The translations under genes and the position numbers were made by a program. From positions 75,885,187 to 75,949,186 of the forward strand of contig NC_068984.1 in NCBI RefSeq assembly GCF_001194135.2: 64,000 nucleotides of DNA, read 5' to 3'. The notes under the pieces were generated by a model that made no database searches, was not told where the DNA came from, and saw only the letters and a list, made by a program, of their open reading frames with translations. This DNA is from Octopus bimaculoides. Its lineage: Eukaryota. Shown in pieces: positions 23,579-37,079 of the stretch (the first letter of the stretch is position 1; the number at the start of each line of letters is the position of its first letter).

Positions 23579-24316
23579 GACATACATACATACATCCATC
23601 CATACATACATACATACATACATACATAGCATTTACAATTGTAGCCCAAAACACAAAAGCCAGATCCCAACACGTGAGTCAAACACGAATTCATGCTCTG
23701 CTGTCTTTGAAAAGGACACGTTGGATAATGTCATCCTGGATCCTTTAAATGTAGAGAAATGGCGAGATAGTCACAGCTTGAAATATCATTGCTCATAGTC
23801 TGCTCGAACTGATTTTACCTGTGGCTAAATAGCAGCCACACCACTAACACCAACAATAACAACAACATCGTATCTATCACTTGTTTGACGACTATGTTAC
23901 CGTTTACACCAAATTGCCTGTGGACAAATACGACTGTCAAAATCACAAATATAAACATCTTATTTATTGAATAACATTAACAATTTAGGATTTAGCTCAA
24001 ATGAAACAATGTTATAAATTTAAATATTTCAGGTAGGTGGAGATGTAGTGAATGACGTACGCAAAAAAGTTCCTCATGGAATTTTTTTGGTCCATGTTAT
24101 TCGGGACTTCACCACCTACCTACATACCTAGCTACATACATATGTGTGTATAATACTTGCGTGTGTGTGTGTGTGTATAGATATATACCTATACATATAT
24201 ATTGTTATATATACCTATATATAAATATGTGTGTGTTTGTATATAAGTATAAGCATACACACACGCATAATTATATGCCAAGATAGAGAGAGAGAGAGAG
24301 ATAGGTAGACAGATAG

Positions 24317-24347
<31 letters not shown>

Positions 24348-24682
24348 GATAGATAGATACATATATACATACATACATACATACATACATACATACATAC
24401 ATACATGTGTGTGTGAAAAGTATATGACTGTGTATATGCAAATGTATGTGCGCACGTATGCATATATTTATACTCTTTCTTATTCTCTCACAACCAGCAA
24501 TACCAGATATAAATCACACCTGGCTGCTGTGTATAACTAGAATGAGATATCATCATATATTATAGCGAAAGGTGGACAGTGATGACAGCTATAGGTAAAG
24601 GAGAGGCAGGAAAGAAAAATCCAGGTGTGAAGATGGAACAGTTCCTTACACACGTAAAAATACTTACATGAACACACACACA

Positions 24683-24736
<54 letters not shown>

Positions 24737-24984
24737 ATATACATACACGCACATGTATGTATATATATCTATATACACATACATACGTTTATATACATAA
24801 TTGCATACACACATGACAGAAGTATATACACACATACACACACACACATATATGTACACAAACACATTACATGCATAAGGACATACATGTATACATGTAT
24901 ACATACATACATACATACATACATACATACATACATTTATATATAGGCCATAAAAAGTCAGATGGTATGAGAGCTCTCTTTTAC

Positions 24985-25200
24985 TCTCTTTTACTTGTTT
25001 CAGTCATTTGACTGCGGCCATGCTGGAGCACCGCCTTTAGTCCAGCAAATCGACCCCAGGACTTATTCTTTGGAAGCCTAGTACTTATTCTATTATTCTC
25101 TTTTGCCGAACCGCTAAGTTACGGGGACGTAAACACACCACCGTCGGTTGTCAGGCGATGCTGGGGGACAAACACAGACACACAAACATATACACACACA
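24985..25200 (-). mobile_element. SINE family C-type copy
   Basis: Recurrent TCAGTCATTTGACTGCGGCCATGCTGGAGCACCGCC..GCCGAACCGCTAAGTTACGGGG block. Confidence 0.85.
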
Positions 25201-25221
25201 TACATATATATATACATATAT

Positions 25222-25385
25222 ACGACGGGCTTCTTTTTAGTTTACGTCTATCAAATTCACTCACAAGGCTTTGGTCGGCCCGAGGCTATAGTAGAAGACA
25301 CTTGCCCAAGGTGCCACGCAGTGGGACTGAACCCGGAACCATGTGGTTTGTAAGCAAGCTACTTACCACACAGCCACTCCAACGC
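25222..25385 (-). mobile_element. SINE family B copy
   Basis: Reverse complement of 63665-63830. Confidence 0.88.
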
Positions 25386-25403
25386 CTGAATATATTTATT
25401 TAA

Positions 25404-25581
25404 CCACTTGATATACCTAGGGTTATGGCCGTTTCCCAGCCTTCGTCATGTAATGATAATTTCAGCGTATAATAAATTATATCACATACTATACCAGTAT
25501 GTATGCTACACATTGTACTGTACAGTGTGTATTATACGATGAAGGCTGCGAAACAACCGTAATCCTACGGATATCAAGTGG
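25404..25581. mobile_element. piggyBac-like MITE
   Basis: TTAA on both sides (25400-03, 25582-85); ~50-bp imperfect TIRs starting CCACTTGATAT. Confidence 0.75.
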
Positions 25582-25839
25582 TTAAATGAAGCTCTCATAC
25601 CGCCAGACTTTTTATGGTCTATATACTCCTCATGAAATAATTTCATCGATTGGATCTTCTGGATTTCAGCTGCATAGGGCTCTGCATTTTACTCTTCCGT
25701 ATTGGATTACTACGTAGTATGATAACCGGGTCCAATAAAGGAGCTATCTGTGACTGACACAGGATACTATGAATCCATATATTGCACTACAAAAATACGT
25801 GTATGCGTGTATCTGTATGTGTGTGTGTGTGTGTGTTTA

Positions 25840-25881
<42 letters not shown>

Positions 25882-27186
25882 CGCGCGCGCGTATTCTATA
25901 AGGCTTGAACTTTCATTATAGTAGTATCTATGGAAGACCGGTGGGATTATTATTTATACGGACTTAAAGATTGATCGCAATTTAGCATATAATTTAGTTA
26001 TTGCAGTTTATTATTAATACCGAAGCAATGTACATTGGTTTATATGTCTCATTGTTATAGTTTTATTAAAGTTAGTGTTTAATCCTGCCTATATATTGAT
26101 TGATTGAAATAAAATGGTTATTCAGCTTTCACTTTTATATTACACTACGGAAGACGGTAGGAACTATAACTTTTGTATGAATTAATAGAGTTGTCGCTGT
26201 TTAGTTACGTATTTAGGAGTTGGTTGTAATTTACTTTTTGAATTTATTTACCGGTACGGTTGTACATAGGATAAATATGTTTGAAAGTTGTGGTTTCTTT
26301 GGTTTGTTTGTTCTCAAACAACACTTATTTTAGAGCTGTTTAGAATTGAATGGCACTGCTCAGGTGTCGAAACCATAATGATATCCGTGGGGCAGTTGAT
26401 GATGGAGGTATTTTGGATTGTTGGTATGGCTGTGGAATAATATTATAACATCCTTTTGATATATATATATATANNNNNNNNNNNNNNNNNNNNNNNNNNN
26501 NNNNNNNNNNNNNNNNNNNNNNNNNNNNNNNNNNNNNNNNNNNNNNNNNNNNNNNNNATATATGTATATATATTCACAATAGAATGCCTTTATTTCAATT
26601 TTTATTTATTCCATCTCGAACCATATTTTCCCCGACCGATAGGCCTCTCGATCAGGACGGATTGTTTGGGTGGGGGGCGGGTTATTTATAAATTCTCGAG
26701 CTTGGGGTTCTTCACTCCCTGTGGTTTTGCAGCTGTTGGATGACCGTTGTCTCAACAAAGCTCATTGACATGTTTTGTGTTTTTATCCTGCATGGTGTCC
26801 AACTAAAACCACTCCCCTTACTAAGCTGGCCCCGTAGGTTTACCGGTTAAGTCGCCGACGGCCCGACCATAGGAGAGGTTGTATTGAGTTACATGTTATT
26901 AGTAGCACTAACTGTGACCTGACATTCATACATGCATACATACATTCTCACATAGATATGTACTTGCAAACTTATATATGTCACTCAATATGGCAAGTGA
27001 GTAATAAATCAGAATAACAAAGCACAAAATACCTTGTGACATTTACCTACGACTCTTAAGTTTCTGAGTTCGATTCACAACGAGATCCACTTTACCTCTC
27101 ATCTTTTTGAGATTGATAAAATATGTATATATTGCTAAAATAGTTACTGAAGTCGATGTGGTAGGGTATATATATGTGGTGGGAAT

Positions 27187-27318
27187 GAAGGCGCATGGAT
27201 CAGTGGTTAGAGCATCGAGCTTACGATCGTGAGGTTGTGAGTTCGGTTCCCGGACAGGGCTGCGTGTTGTGTTCTTGAGCAAGACACTTTATTTCACGTT
27301 ACTCCAGTTCACTCAGCC
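27187..27318 (+). mobile_element. tRNA-derived SINE family D (CORE-like domain)
   Basis: A/B boxes followed by GTGTTGTGTTCTTGAGCAAGACACTTT. Related copies at 28200-28312 (-) and 55700-55852 (-); head only at 5776-5843. Confidence 0.75.
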
Positions 27319-27644
27319 ATCATTGTTACATGGAATGATTGATAATTGCGATGTTTCCGTATTAAATTAATGGCAACATGATAAATTCGAAACCAAAGAG
27401 TATATATACATTGACAAACATATATACATACATATACACATGCACATACATATATATATATATATATTAATATCTATATGCCCATGTATATATATACATA
27501 TATATATGTATGTATATATATACATATATATATACATATACATATATACATATACATATATACATATACATATATACATATATATACATATATATATACA
27601 CATATATAAATACATATATATATACATCTATAATATAAATCCCG

Positions 27645-27728
<84 letters not shown>

Positions 27729-27829
27729 GATAAAAGTTACTTGGAAATGGATGCGTGGCGTTCAATCATATAATAATATAAATACCATATATATGCATAT
27801 GTACATACTTACATATATACGTATATACA

Positions 27830-28170
27830 TATGCATATGTGGACACAGGACGTCACAGAACGTAAACAACATAAAATACTAAAATATGAAATACGAAATA
27901 CGAATACATGGAACATGAACATTTTTTGCGAACAATAAAAGAAACAAATGGAAAACAAGACAAGCAACATAACGAACGACCCTTCATCAGTTGTCGGCTG
28001 TTTTTCTAATCCGTATTTCGAGGTCATTCCCAAATCAGTACGATCTGGTAACTTGGACCCCTCTTTCGCTAATTGTTTTAGGTGCCTATGTAGTCGTGAG
28101 CAGATACAGGCACATTCTCGGACTTTCACCCTTGACCTAGCGGAGCATTGAGGAACTAAATGTTGATGGA
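27830..28170 (-). mobile_element. Probable PLE 3' fragment (GIY-YIG relic plus start of pLTR)
   Basis: Minus strand has DYIGT*NN*RKR (degenerate YIG motif), then CTGATGAAGGG and a T-rich tail typical of pLTRs. Confidence 0.45.
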
Positions 28171-28361
28171 AGGTTGAACTGATATGCATTTACAAAGTAG
28201 ACTGAAGTAACGAAAAATCAAGAGCCTTTCTCAAGGACATAACGTGCTGGGCTATCCAGAAATCGAACCCATAATGTTATTGTCCCAACACTCTACCCAC
28301 TAGGTCATGCGCCGCCTTAGATTCCTATCTATATTCTTACACACACGTACACGCATAAAGT

Positions 28362-28430
<69 letters not shown>

Positions 28431-29454
28431 GGGATGAAAGAGGGGGTAATATAATTGTGTGTATATGCATGTGTATATATACGCACATATACAGGCAAAC
28501 ATACATACATACATACATACATACATGCATACATACATACAAATACTAAGTCATATACATTATGAGGCATACACGTACACATACGTATACACAAACACTC
28601 AAAGACGCAGAGAGAAAAGGAACGCCATAAATATGGTGTATCAGGTATGTAGTATAATAAATATGAGAACCCTAATGAGTAAAGTTAGTCGAGTGAGTCA
28701 GGACGTGGGATGGGCTTCTAGAGAAATCAAAAGACCATCAGGTGTTTGTTCGTGTGAGATATGTCAAGTCAGAGGATGTGTAACGGACGTATTTGAAGAT
28801 TTGATGAGAAAATATGGGAGAATGGGTGGAAAATGAGCAACAGTTGAATGCTGTATCATGAGCAGCAGGTGGTGGTTAATGATAAAAACTGGATGGAGTT
28901 CTTTAGTTTAGATTGTCATTGTAACTCGTATAGGAACTGGAGTAAAAGTTATGACTGCTGTTACACGTTGCCGCTGCAGTTGTTGCTGCTGCTGTTGCTG
29001 CTACTGTCGCTGCTGCTGCTGCTGCTGCTGCTGTTGTTGCTGTTGGTGTTGTTGTTGTTGTTGTTGCGCTTGCAGTCTAGCAGCATGGTCTACATCGAAT
29101 GAAAGAAACCTGCTTACTATCAAAGTTAAGCGTTAGTCTAGTAGCGAATACCCCATCTTTCGTTTAAGCATCATTATGTATCTAAAGCAGTGGTTTCCAA
29201 ACTTTTTCAGGCTGCCGCCCCCTTGGTTCTAAGGCGACATTCCTAGAGACCCGCCACCACCACCACCACTCACCATCACAGACATAGACCATTTTCTGCA
29301 GCAAATCCAAAACAACACTATTTCACAAATAAAACTAAACCTAATTAACCTTTTGCTTTATTTGTTTTTTTACATCCATTGCCCCATTATCGCCCCATTT
29401 TTCTTCAAAGCCTGGATCTTTCCACTGCCCCCAGGGGGAAGGACACCAATAATA

Positions 29455-29665
29455 ATAATCCTTTATTCTATAGCCACAATGCCTGGCATTTGGGGGTGGG
29501 GGGTAATCGATTATATCGACCCAGTACTCAACTGGTACTTAATTTATCGACCACGAAAGCATGAAAGGCAAAGTCAACCTCGGCAAAATTTGAACTCAGA
29601 ACGTAGTGATGGGCAAAATACCGTTAAGCATTTTGCCCGGTGTGCTAACGATCACCGCATTAGTA
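29455..29665 (-). mobile_element. SINE family C copy
   Basis: Reverse complement of the 22483 family. Others at 44900-45090 (-), 62135-62325 (+), 62953-63240 (+) and 42590-42720 (+). Confidence 0.8.
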
Positions 29666-29683
29666 GTATTAATAATAATAATG

Positions 29684-29773
<90 letters not shown>

Positions 29774-29779
29774 GGAATA

Positions 29780-30272
29780 ACAACAGAAAAAAGATGGTAT
29801 AAACACACGCCAGAAAAGGTCACAGAAAACGAGAAAGCAACCATACTCTGGGATATGCCAATACACACAGATAGAGAAATTAAGGCAAATAGACCAGATA
29901 TAGTTGTCAAAGATCATGAAGAAANNNNNNNNNNNNNNNNNNNNNNNNNNNNNNNNNNNNNNNNNNNNNNNNNNNNNNNNNNNNNNNNNNNNNNNNNNNN
30001 NNNNNNNNNNNNNNNNNNNNNNNNNNNNNNNNNNNNNNNNNNNNNNNNNNNNNNNNNNNNNNNNNNNNNNNNNNNNNNNNNNNNNNNNNNNNNNNNNNNN
30101 NNNNNTATATATAACATACAGAAAATTGCACTACTGGGTACTGCACACATTCTACGCAAAACACTTTCAATACAGTAAACATAAGAGCACCACAGCAAAC
30201 CACAGCACATACCCAAGGCGCACAGAGCTGCGCTCGGTAGTGAAGTGAAAGCACGTTATAAAAATAAAACTA

Positions 30273-30277
<5 letters not shown>
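29780..30277 (+). mobile_element. R4/Dong-like RLE element 3' fragment within (TAA)n
   Basis: RWYKHTPEKVTENEKATILWDMPIHTDREIKANRPDIVVKD [gap] IQKIALLGTAHILRKTL*; (AAT)n on both sides. Confidence 0.9.
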
Positions 30278-30363
<86 letters not shown>

Positions 30364-30639
30364 TCTTGGTATAAAAGATGGGCTACAGCAAATATTCTGC
30401 TCAATACCACAGAATACCTAATCTATTCAATTCTAATTGTTCTTTTCAGGGCGCACCACTATTTGTTGTTGAGGATTGATTCCGTTAACGCCCGCTCAAC
30501 TAATTCACTAATCCGGTTTTTGTAAGCTCGGCACGCTGGAAGTGATGCGTTCAGCTTCCGGTAACAGGGTCCCTGCCTACGTAGTCTAAGCCGACCGCAC
30601 AAATCACAAATTTGTCTTCTTTGCAGTCGACTATCTTAA

Positions 30640-31275
30640 AAAGTGGACAACTTATACTATCCTTATCTTTTGGTCTACAGAATATTCTATCTAGATACGA
30701 CCTGGGTGACCCTATACAGTTAGACCAGGTCTACACTGGCACATTCGGGAAATCCAGCGGGTACCTGTCAGACAGCTAAAAACGTCTGAGCAGGTTTGCA
30801 AGGCTTTTGCACCCTACTCCTCTCTCCGCTAGCCCCACATGATCCAAACGTGACTCTAAGATAACGTTCCAATAGCCCATAAGCACTAAAGGACGAGACA
30901 TTCCTAGGAAAACGTCCAGATGTTTGAAAAAAGTCCAGCTGTCCTACTCCTGTCGGAGCATAGACAGCCACCTGTCTGAAGGCATGCCCGTCGCTACTAC
31001 TCGCATCCAAGACCACCAGCTTACCTTCTGGCTCCAGGAAGACAGTCCTTATCTTGAGATTCAGACCTCTCCGGATTAACACTATCGTTCCATCTCTCAC
31101 TCCCGGTTGACATGGAGATAGATATATCTCGTATCCACCGAAAATGGGCATGAAAGCTTGTCGGTCGGAGATTCTGGTTTCACTAATAGCCACTACATCG
31201 ACACTTAATGACCTGAGGTCGTTGAGTAGATGGCCTTGTTTCCAAGGCTACCCTAGGTCACGTGCATTTATATTG
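30640..31275 (-). mobile_element. L1/Tx1-clade APE endonuclease relic
   Basis: NARDLG..LLNDLRSLSVDVVAISETR..GTIVLIRRGL..EGKLVVLD..AVYAPTG..DFF, followed by a frameshift. Confidence 0.85.
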
Positions 31276-31341
31276 CCTAATCTGAGCAGGGTCATGTAAG
31301 ATCAAAGTACAGAAGTGGAAGAGGGTACTTACTTAATGCTA

Positions 31342-31552
31342 ATTATTGTTGGGTCCTTGTGGATAGAATGGGAAAGCATCAAGAGGAATATAAAGGAAAT
31401 CGGAATAACGTTCCCAGTAGAGCTAATACAAAAGACTTACTCTCTTGGCACGGCCAGAATAATCAGGAAAGTATTAGATAGTTGAAGCATGACATGGTAC
31501 CATAGGCTGCAGGTAGCAAGCTCGCTAGTTTCAGCAAAACCTGGCTTACAAA

Positions 31553-31608
<56 letters not shown>
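31342..31608 (+). mobile_element. R4/Dong-like RLE 3' tail ending in (TAG)n
   Basis: IIVGSLWIEWESIKRNIKEIGITFPVELIQKTYSLGTARIIRKVLDS* (not in the ORF track); short UTR, then (GTA)n at 31553-31608. Confidence 0.8.
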
Positions 31609-31609
<1 letters not shown>

Positions 31610-32282
31610 CAGCAGCAATCATTATATACAAACCAGCAGCCAGGAATGTGTTTAGTATGTCAGTTGGTCTATCCAATAGTGTTACACCGCTAAACTCAGT
31701 GGACATTTAAGCAATGTGATCGTGAATGGTTAATGAGTTGGATGTGGCCTGATGAAGGAGCAATAACTCCTGAAATATGCATATATATATATACATATAT
31801 ATACATATATATACATATATNNNNNNNNNNNNNNNNNNNNNNNNNNNNNNNNNNNNNNNNNNNNNNNNNNNNNNNNNNNNNNNNNNNNNNNNNNNNNNNN
31901 NNNNNNNNNNNNNNNNNNNNNNNNNNNNNNNNNNNNNNNNNNNNNNNNNNNNNNNNNNNNNNNNNNNNNNNNNNNNNNNNNNNNNNNNNNNNNNNNNNNN
32001 NNNNNNNNNNNNNNNNNNNNNNNNNNNNNNNNNNNNNNNNNNNNNNNNNNNNNNNNNNNNNNNNNNNNNNNNNNNNNNNNNNNNNNNNNNNNNNNNNNNN
32101 NNNNNNNNNNNNNNNNNNNNNNNNNNNNNNNNNNNNNNNNNNNNNNNNNNNNNNNNNNNNNNNNNNNNNNCACACACACACACACACACACATACATACA
32201 TACATACATACATACATACATACATACATACATACATACATACATACATACATACATGAAACAAAAAGAAAGCAGCTCCGTA

Positions 32283-32585
32283 TTAAATAAGGTATCGGCT
32301 AACATTAAATATCAATTGAATAAATATAAAAATACATATTTTCCCAATCAATGACAGAAAATCATTTAACAATATTATTGAAGATATTTTACGCAATATC
32401 TTCACGCGACTTCTTTCTAATAAACGCTTAGTTATTAGTATAACGTCTAAAATTTTAGTTTAAACTATAGCATCGTGGAGATAAGTATTGCTTTTATCTT
32501 CAATAATATTCTATCATTGAATGGGAAAATATGTATCTTTAAATTAATTCAATTGATATTTAATGTTAGCCGATACCTTATTTAA
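32283..32585. mobile_element. AT-rich MITE with ~100-bp TIRs
   Basis: TTAAATAAGGTATCGGCTAACATTAAATATCAATTGAAT.. and its reverse complement; TTAA at both ends; superfamily uncertain. Confidence 0.75.
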
Positions 32586-33386
32586 CACTAAGTTAATAGT
32601 ATAAAGTTTATCATTTTAGTTTAAACCAAAACTTCGATTAGATTAGTGTTGCATTTATTTCCAATAATATTGTTCAATATTTCTTTTTTATTTATGGGAT
32701 AAATAAGTAGTTTTTTTTTATATATAATTTCTTTAATTATTAGTTAATATTCTAATTAAGGTTAAGTTAATAGTACAACATTTAAATTTTTATTTAAACT
32801 AAAGATTCGATTAGATAAGTCTTGTATTTCTTTTCAATAATTCTTTTAAATGTTTTTTTCTTTTATTTAAAGGTGATATAGTTATTTTTATATAAATTAA
32901 TTTATATAAATGAATTTTTTCTTAGCTTATATTAAAATTAAAGTCATAATTATGCGCTCGTGTTGGAAGTATGAGCATTTTATGAAAATTCTGTTAAGAC
33001 CTGACACTGTAAGGGTGAAAGGAGAGTGATTTTGGTTTGTGTCTTATCTTAAACGACTGGAATTTTTGAAAAACGCTTATCTTAAATGCTAAATGAGAAC
33101 AAGCTGGCAGGGGAGAATGTCCTTTCACTATTACCGCTAACAAGACGATCGACCGAGGCAACATTTCCAATCCCGACCTGGAGGTGAACCAAGAGGTTAT
33201 TCTATCGCTAGTGTGATGGATAATGAGCTGTACCGTGACATGGACGGATGACTAGAAGATGACTTCTGAGGCTCCTTTCATTGCCAGCTTAGGAAAGAGA
33301 AAACCCCGATGAATCGTTAAATAACAATGAAACTAGCAGCATCCTCATACCAAGTTGTGGAAAAGGCCCGTGTGGGCCTAGTGGGC

Positions 33387-33451
<65 letters not shown>

Positions 33452-34233
33452 ATAATAACTATGTATATTGTATTATATATAATATACATACACAAGAACT
33501 CACCCTCAACCTCACTATTACGTTGCCATCTCCTTCATCATTGGCGCCTCTCTAAAATTCCATCAAAATTCCTCAAATCTTCATTTTGCTAATACATCTG
33601 TTAATTTTAGTTACCTCCCTTGCATTCGATTCTATTGCTATAAACACTTTCGTAACATCAGTTTTGAATGTCTATAATCAATGAAGTTAATCGGTTGGAA
33701 TACTCGATCATTATTCACTGATAGATTATATTTAGCTGAGTGACATTACGAGACCAATTTTTGATACAAGGAAGCACAATTTTCTTTCGCTTGGTTCCTG
33801 AAGTCATCCTGAAATCATCATTCCAAGGTAATGAATGTCATAAATTTTAGATCATTAGCTTTTGGTTAAGAAGGTCATACATCTGAGGGCATAAAACTCG
33901 TAAATCAGAGCTCATAAAGGTCGTACATTTTAAGGTGATAAATGACATATATTTAATGTCATTTACGTCGAAGATTAAAAGACATAAATCTAAGATCAGA
34001 AAAATCATAATGATCATGAATGTGGAGTCATAAAGGTCGTAGATCTATGACCTTGCTATGAACTTCTTAAGAAGAAATCAATATACTACAGATAATACAC
34101 TCAGACAACTATATCTTCTTACTAGTAATGTTGCTCCAGTAAGAACTTGTAGTTTATTGAAAACTTTGTTATTAAAGAGTGTCAGAAGCACTCATAATAC
34201 TGCTTATTATTGCTTTGCATTGTTTCCATAAAT

Positions 34234-34765
34234 TTCGGAAGTGACACGAGTACAGGATATTGACAAACTGCAAAGACGGTGAAATGCACATCTCTCGCTT
34301 TCACAGTCATTTTCGGGCGACTTCGTTTCGCCTAGCAGTGAAGTATATTATGTCTTTTAACACAAAGCATCTATAAAATAATTTTTTGCCGAACGAAAAC
34401 CGCAGCTGCTAGCTTTTCAATGATACACATTTGTTAAGTATGTAATATAAATAATGATTTTGCTCTAGAACTGCAAACTGGATCATTCGAATTTTATTCA
34501 GCCTAAGTGGTGTCATTAAAAGGCTGTGTATTGTTTATGCTCTGTCTCAATATACTTCAGACAGACCGAATTGACTTCGTTTCATAAGTGACACGATAAT
34601 GTGACATTGACAAACAGCAAAAATGGCGAAATGTACATCTGTCGCTCCGCGATTACTTCAGAAGAGAATTCGCATCTGAAGTATACTGCGCTTTCTAACA
34701 CAATACGCCTATAAAGGGATATTTTCTTGGACAAAAACTGCAGCTTCTGATTTTCCAGCAACATG
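34234..34765 (+). repeat. Two diverged tandem copies of a ~350-bp module; third copy at about 40370-40690
   Basis: Shared blocks AAGTGACACGA, ATTGACAAAC, GTGAAATG, TGAAGTATA, AAAAC(C/T)GCAGCT. Confidence 0.75.
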
Positions 34766-35002
34766 CAAACGTTGTGTGGCTTCGTGATGGGGGGGGGGAT
34801 ATTGTATTCATGATCATAAGATTGTGCTTACTATTTCCGAACTGGACTATGCATTTTGTTCTTGAACAAAACACTTCTTTTCGCGTTGCTCTACGATCAC
34901 GTGACACACCAGGCACCTATACATGCAGTGTCAATTTGATGGAGGGAGTGAGAAAATGTACAGCACCAACATACGATTACTATAAACAAATCATTTTTGC
35001 AG

Positions 35003-35068
35003 GTTGTCCAGCAAGAAATTGCGGGAAGCCTCATTTGTCGTCTACGACTGAATGTCCACCATATATAT
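35003..35068 (+). other. Candidate 66-nt symmetric exon
   Basis: TTTTTGCAG acceptor and GTAAGG donor; open as CPARNCGKPHLSSTTECPPYI (phase 1) or VVQQEIAGSLICRLRLNVHHIY (phase 0). No homology recognised. Confidence 0.3.
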
Positions 35069-35959
35069 GTAAGGAACGACCGTGCGAACTCAAAAAGGAG
35101 AAATGGTGACGAATGGAAAAACAGAGGACTCCTTTTATTTAAACGCGTCGCACGGTCGAACACAAAATTATATATATCAAATGATGATATACATGATATG
35201 TTATACGACGATAACATAGATGCCCAGTAATGAAAGACCACAACCGTATAAGATGAATAACAGAAATATTTATTGTGGCATTAAAGTGTATGTCTGTGTG
35301 AGAGTGTGAATGCGACATATAAGAACATAATCAAAGACANNNNNNNNNNNNNNNNNNNNNNNNNNNNNNNNNNNNNNNNNNNNNNNNNNNNNNNNNNNNN
35401 NNNNNNNNNNNNNNNNNNNNNNNNNNNNNNNNNNNNNNNNNNNNNNNNNNNNNNNNNNNNNNNNNNNNNNNNNNNNNNNNNNNNNNNNNNNNNNNNNNNN
35501 NNNNNNNNNNNNNNNNNNNNNNNNNNNNNNNNNNNNNNNNNNNNNNNNNNNNNNNNNNNNNNNNNNNNNNNNNNNNNNNNNNNNNNNNNNNNNNNNNNNN
35601 NNNNNNNNNNNNNNNNNNNNNNNNNNNNNNNNNNNNNNNNNNNNNNNNNNNNNNNNNNNNNNNNNNNNNNNNNNNNNNNNNNNNNNNNNNNNNNNNNNNN
35701 NNNNNNNNNNNNNNNNNNNNNNNNNNNNNNNNNNNNNNNNNNNNNNNNNNNNNNNNNNNNNNNNNNNNNNNNNNNNNNNNNNNNNNNNNNNNNNNNNNNN
35801 NNNNNNNNNNNNNNNNNNNNNNNNNNNNNNNNNNNNNNNNNNNNNNNNNNNNNNNNNNNNNNNNNNNNNNNNNNNNNNNNNNNNNNNNNNNNNNNNNNNN
35901 NNNNNNNNNNNNNNNNNNNNNNNNNNNNNNNNNNNNNNNNNNNNNNNNNNNNNNNNNNT

Positions 35960-36245
35960 GGCCGCCGAGTTAAAGCTATTTATAACAAACTATCGGCTCC
36001 CGATGGCTTCAGAAACATACTCTATCACGTGACCTTATTAGGGGCCGTGATTGGTCAGTTTGCGTTCTGGCGGGAACGGTTCGAAGAAGTTGCCGCTTCG
36101 AATATTAATCAGTCACGTGATGACAAGGAGATGGGTTCTCCGCTACGCCCGCTTGTTTATATTTAAATGAGAAGATTGTATGTAATGGCGATAGTAGTTT
36201 TGTATCTAATGGCGATAGGTAGTTTCGTATGTAATGGCGATCGAG
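35960..36245. promoter_or_regulatory. CpG-rich promoter-like motif cluster
   Basis: CACGTG twice (36026, 36114), inverted CCAAT (36050), E2F-like GGCGGGAA (36069), AATGGCG three times (36184-36239). Motif matches only. Confidence 0.4.
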
Positions 36246-37079
36246 GTGTTAGTTTCACTACATATATATATATATAGTTGTCCGAAGGCGTTTTATAACT
36301 CATGGAAAAAAGAGGCACAATATTCAGAATAAGGTAACACAGTGGGAATATTACTTATTCAGAATTATAAATTATACTCCATGAACAAACACCAAAAGTG
36401 TTGAATGCCATTTCATACAGCTATGTGGTATTTGACAGTTAGCTAAAATGAACAGCCTCTTGTGATAGCATGGGTGAAAAATGTCGCTTTTAGAATTCAG
36501 AAAGACCCCTCGAATGAAGCAAATCCTTCAGAATAATTATTTCCCCCACCAAATAGTGTTTGAACCTTCCACTACAGTTGAAATATAGTGTGCACTTTTT
36601 CAGTAATTTCCAGTTGACTTTGTATGATGCAGCGTTTGCCTTCAACAAGTATGTGAGTTTTGATAGCACTATGACCATGCCTTTTTTAGTTCTTAAGAGA
36701 GCAATTGTGGTTATTCTTTCTATTTAAAAAAGGACCTTCTATGGTTCCAATATATCATTGTCTCTGTGTCATCCTACTGGACCTTTCGACATTGCCCCCG
36801 TCGCATATTCGATGGCTTCTGATTCATTAACTGTTTTGTGGTCATGTAGCGTTACTTTTGTATAAGCAAATAATGTCAGTGTTTGTTTTGAACGTATTAA
36901 ATAAAATTTGTCATATATTAGGTGTGCATCTGAGATCCTCAAGGGATGTCTATTGAAGATGTTCTGTACATATGTCGGTGGAAAATGCTGTCTCTTAACT
37001 TAAAAACAATTCCTACCTACGCAAGTTTTAGCGTTGAGAGAACGAGGGGACAGACTAGATTACCTTGCAGTGATGTTCT

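Noticed and set aside
25900-26720. Possible additional PLE fragment
   Set aside because: Composition is PLE-like but no convincing RT or GIY-YIG motif was found.
36300-36900. Possible Tc1-like transposase relic
   Set aside because: No diagnostic motif or TIR could be recovered by eye.
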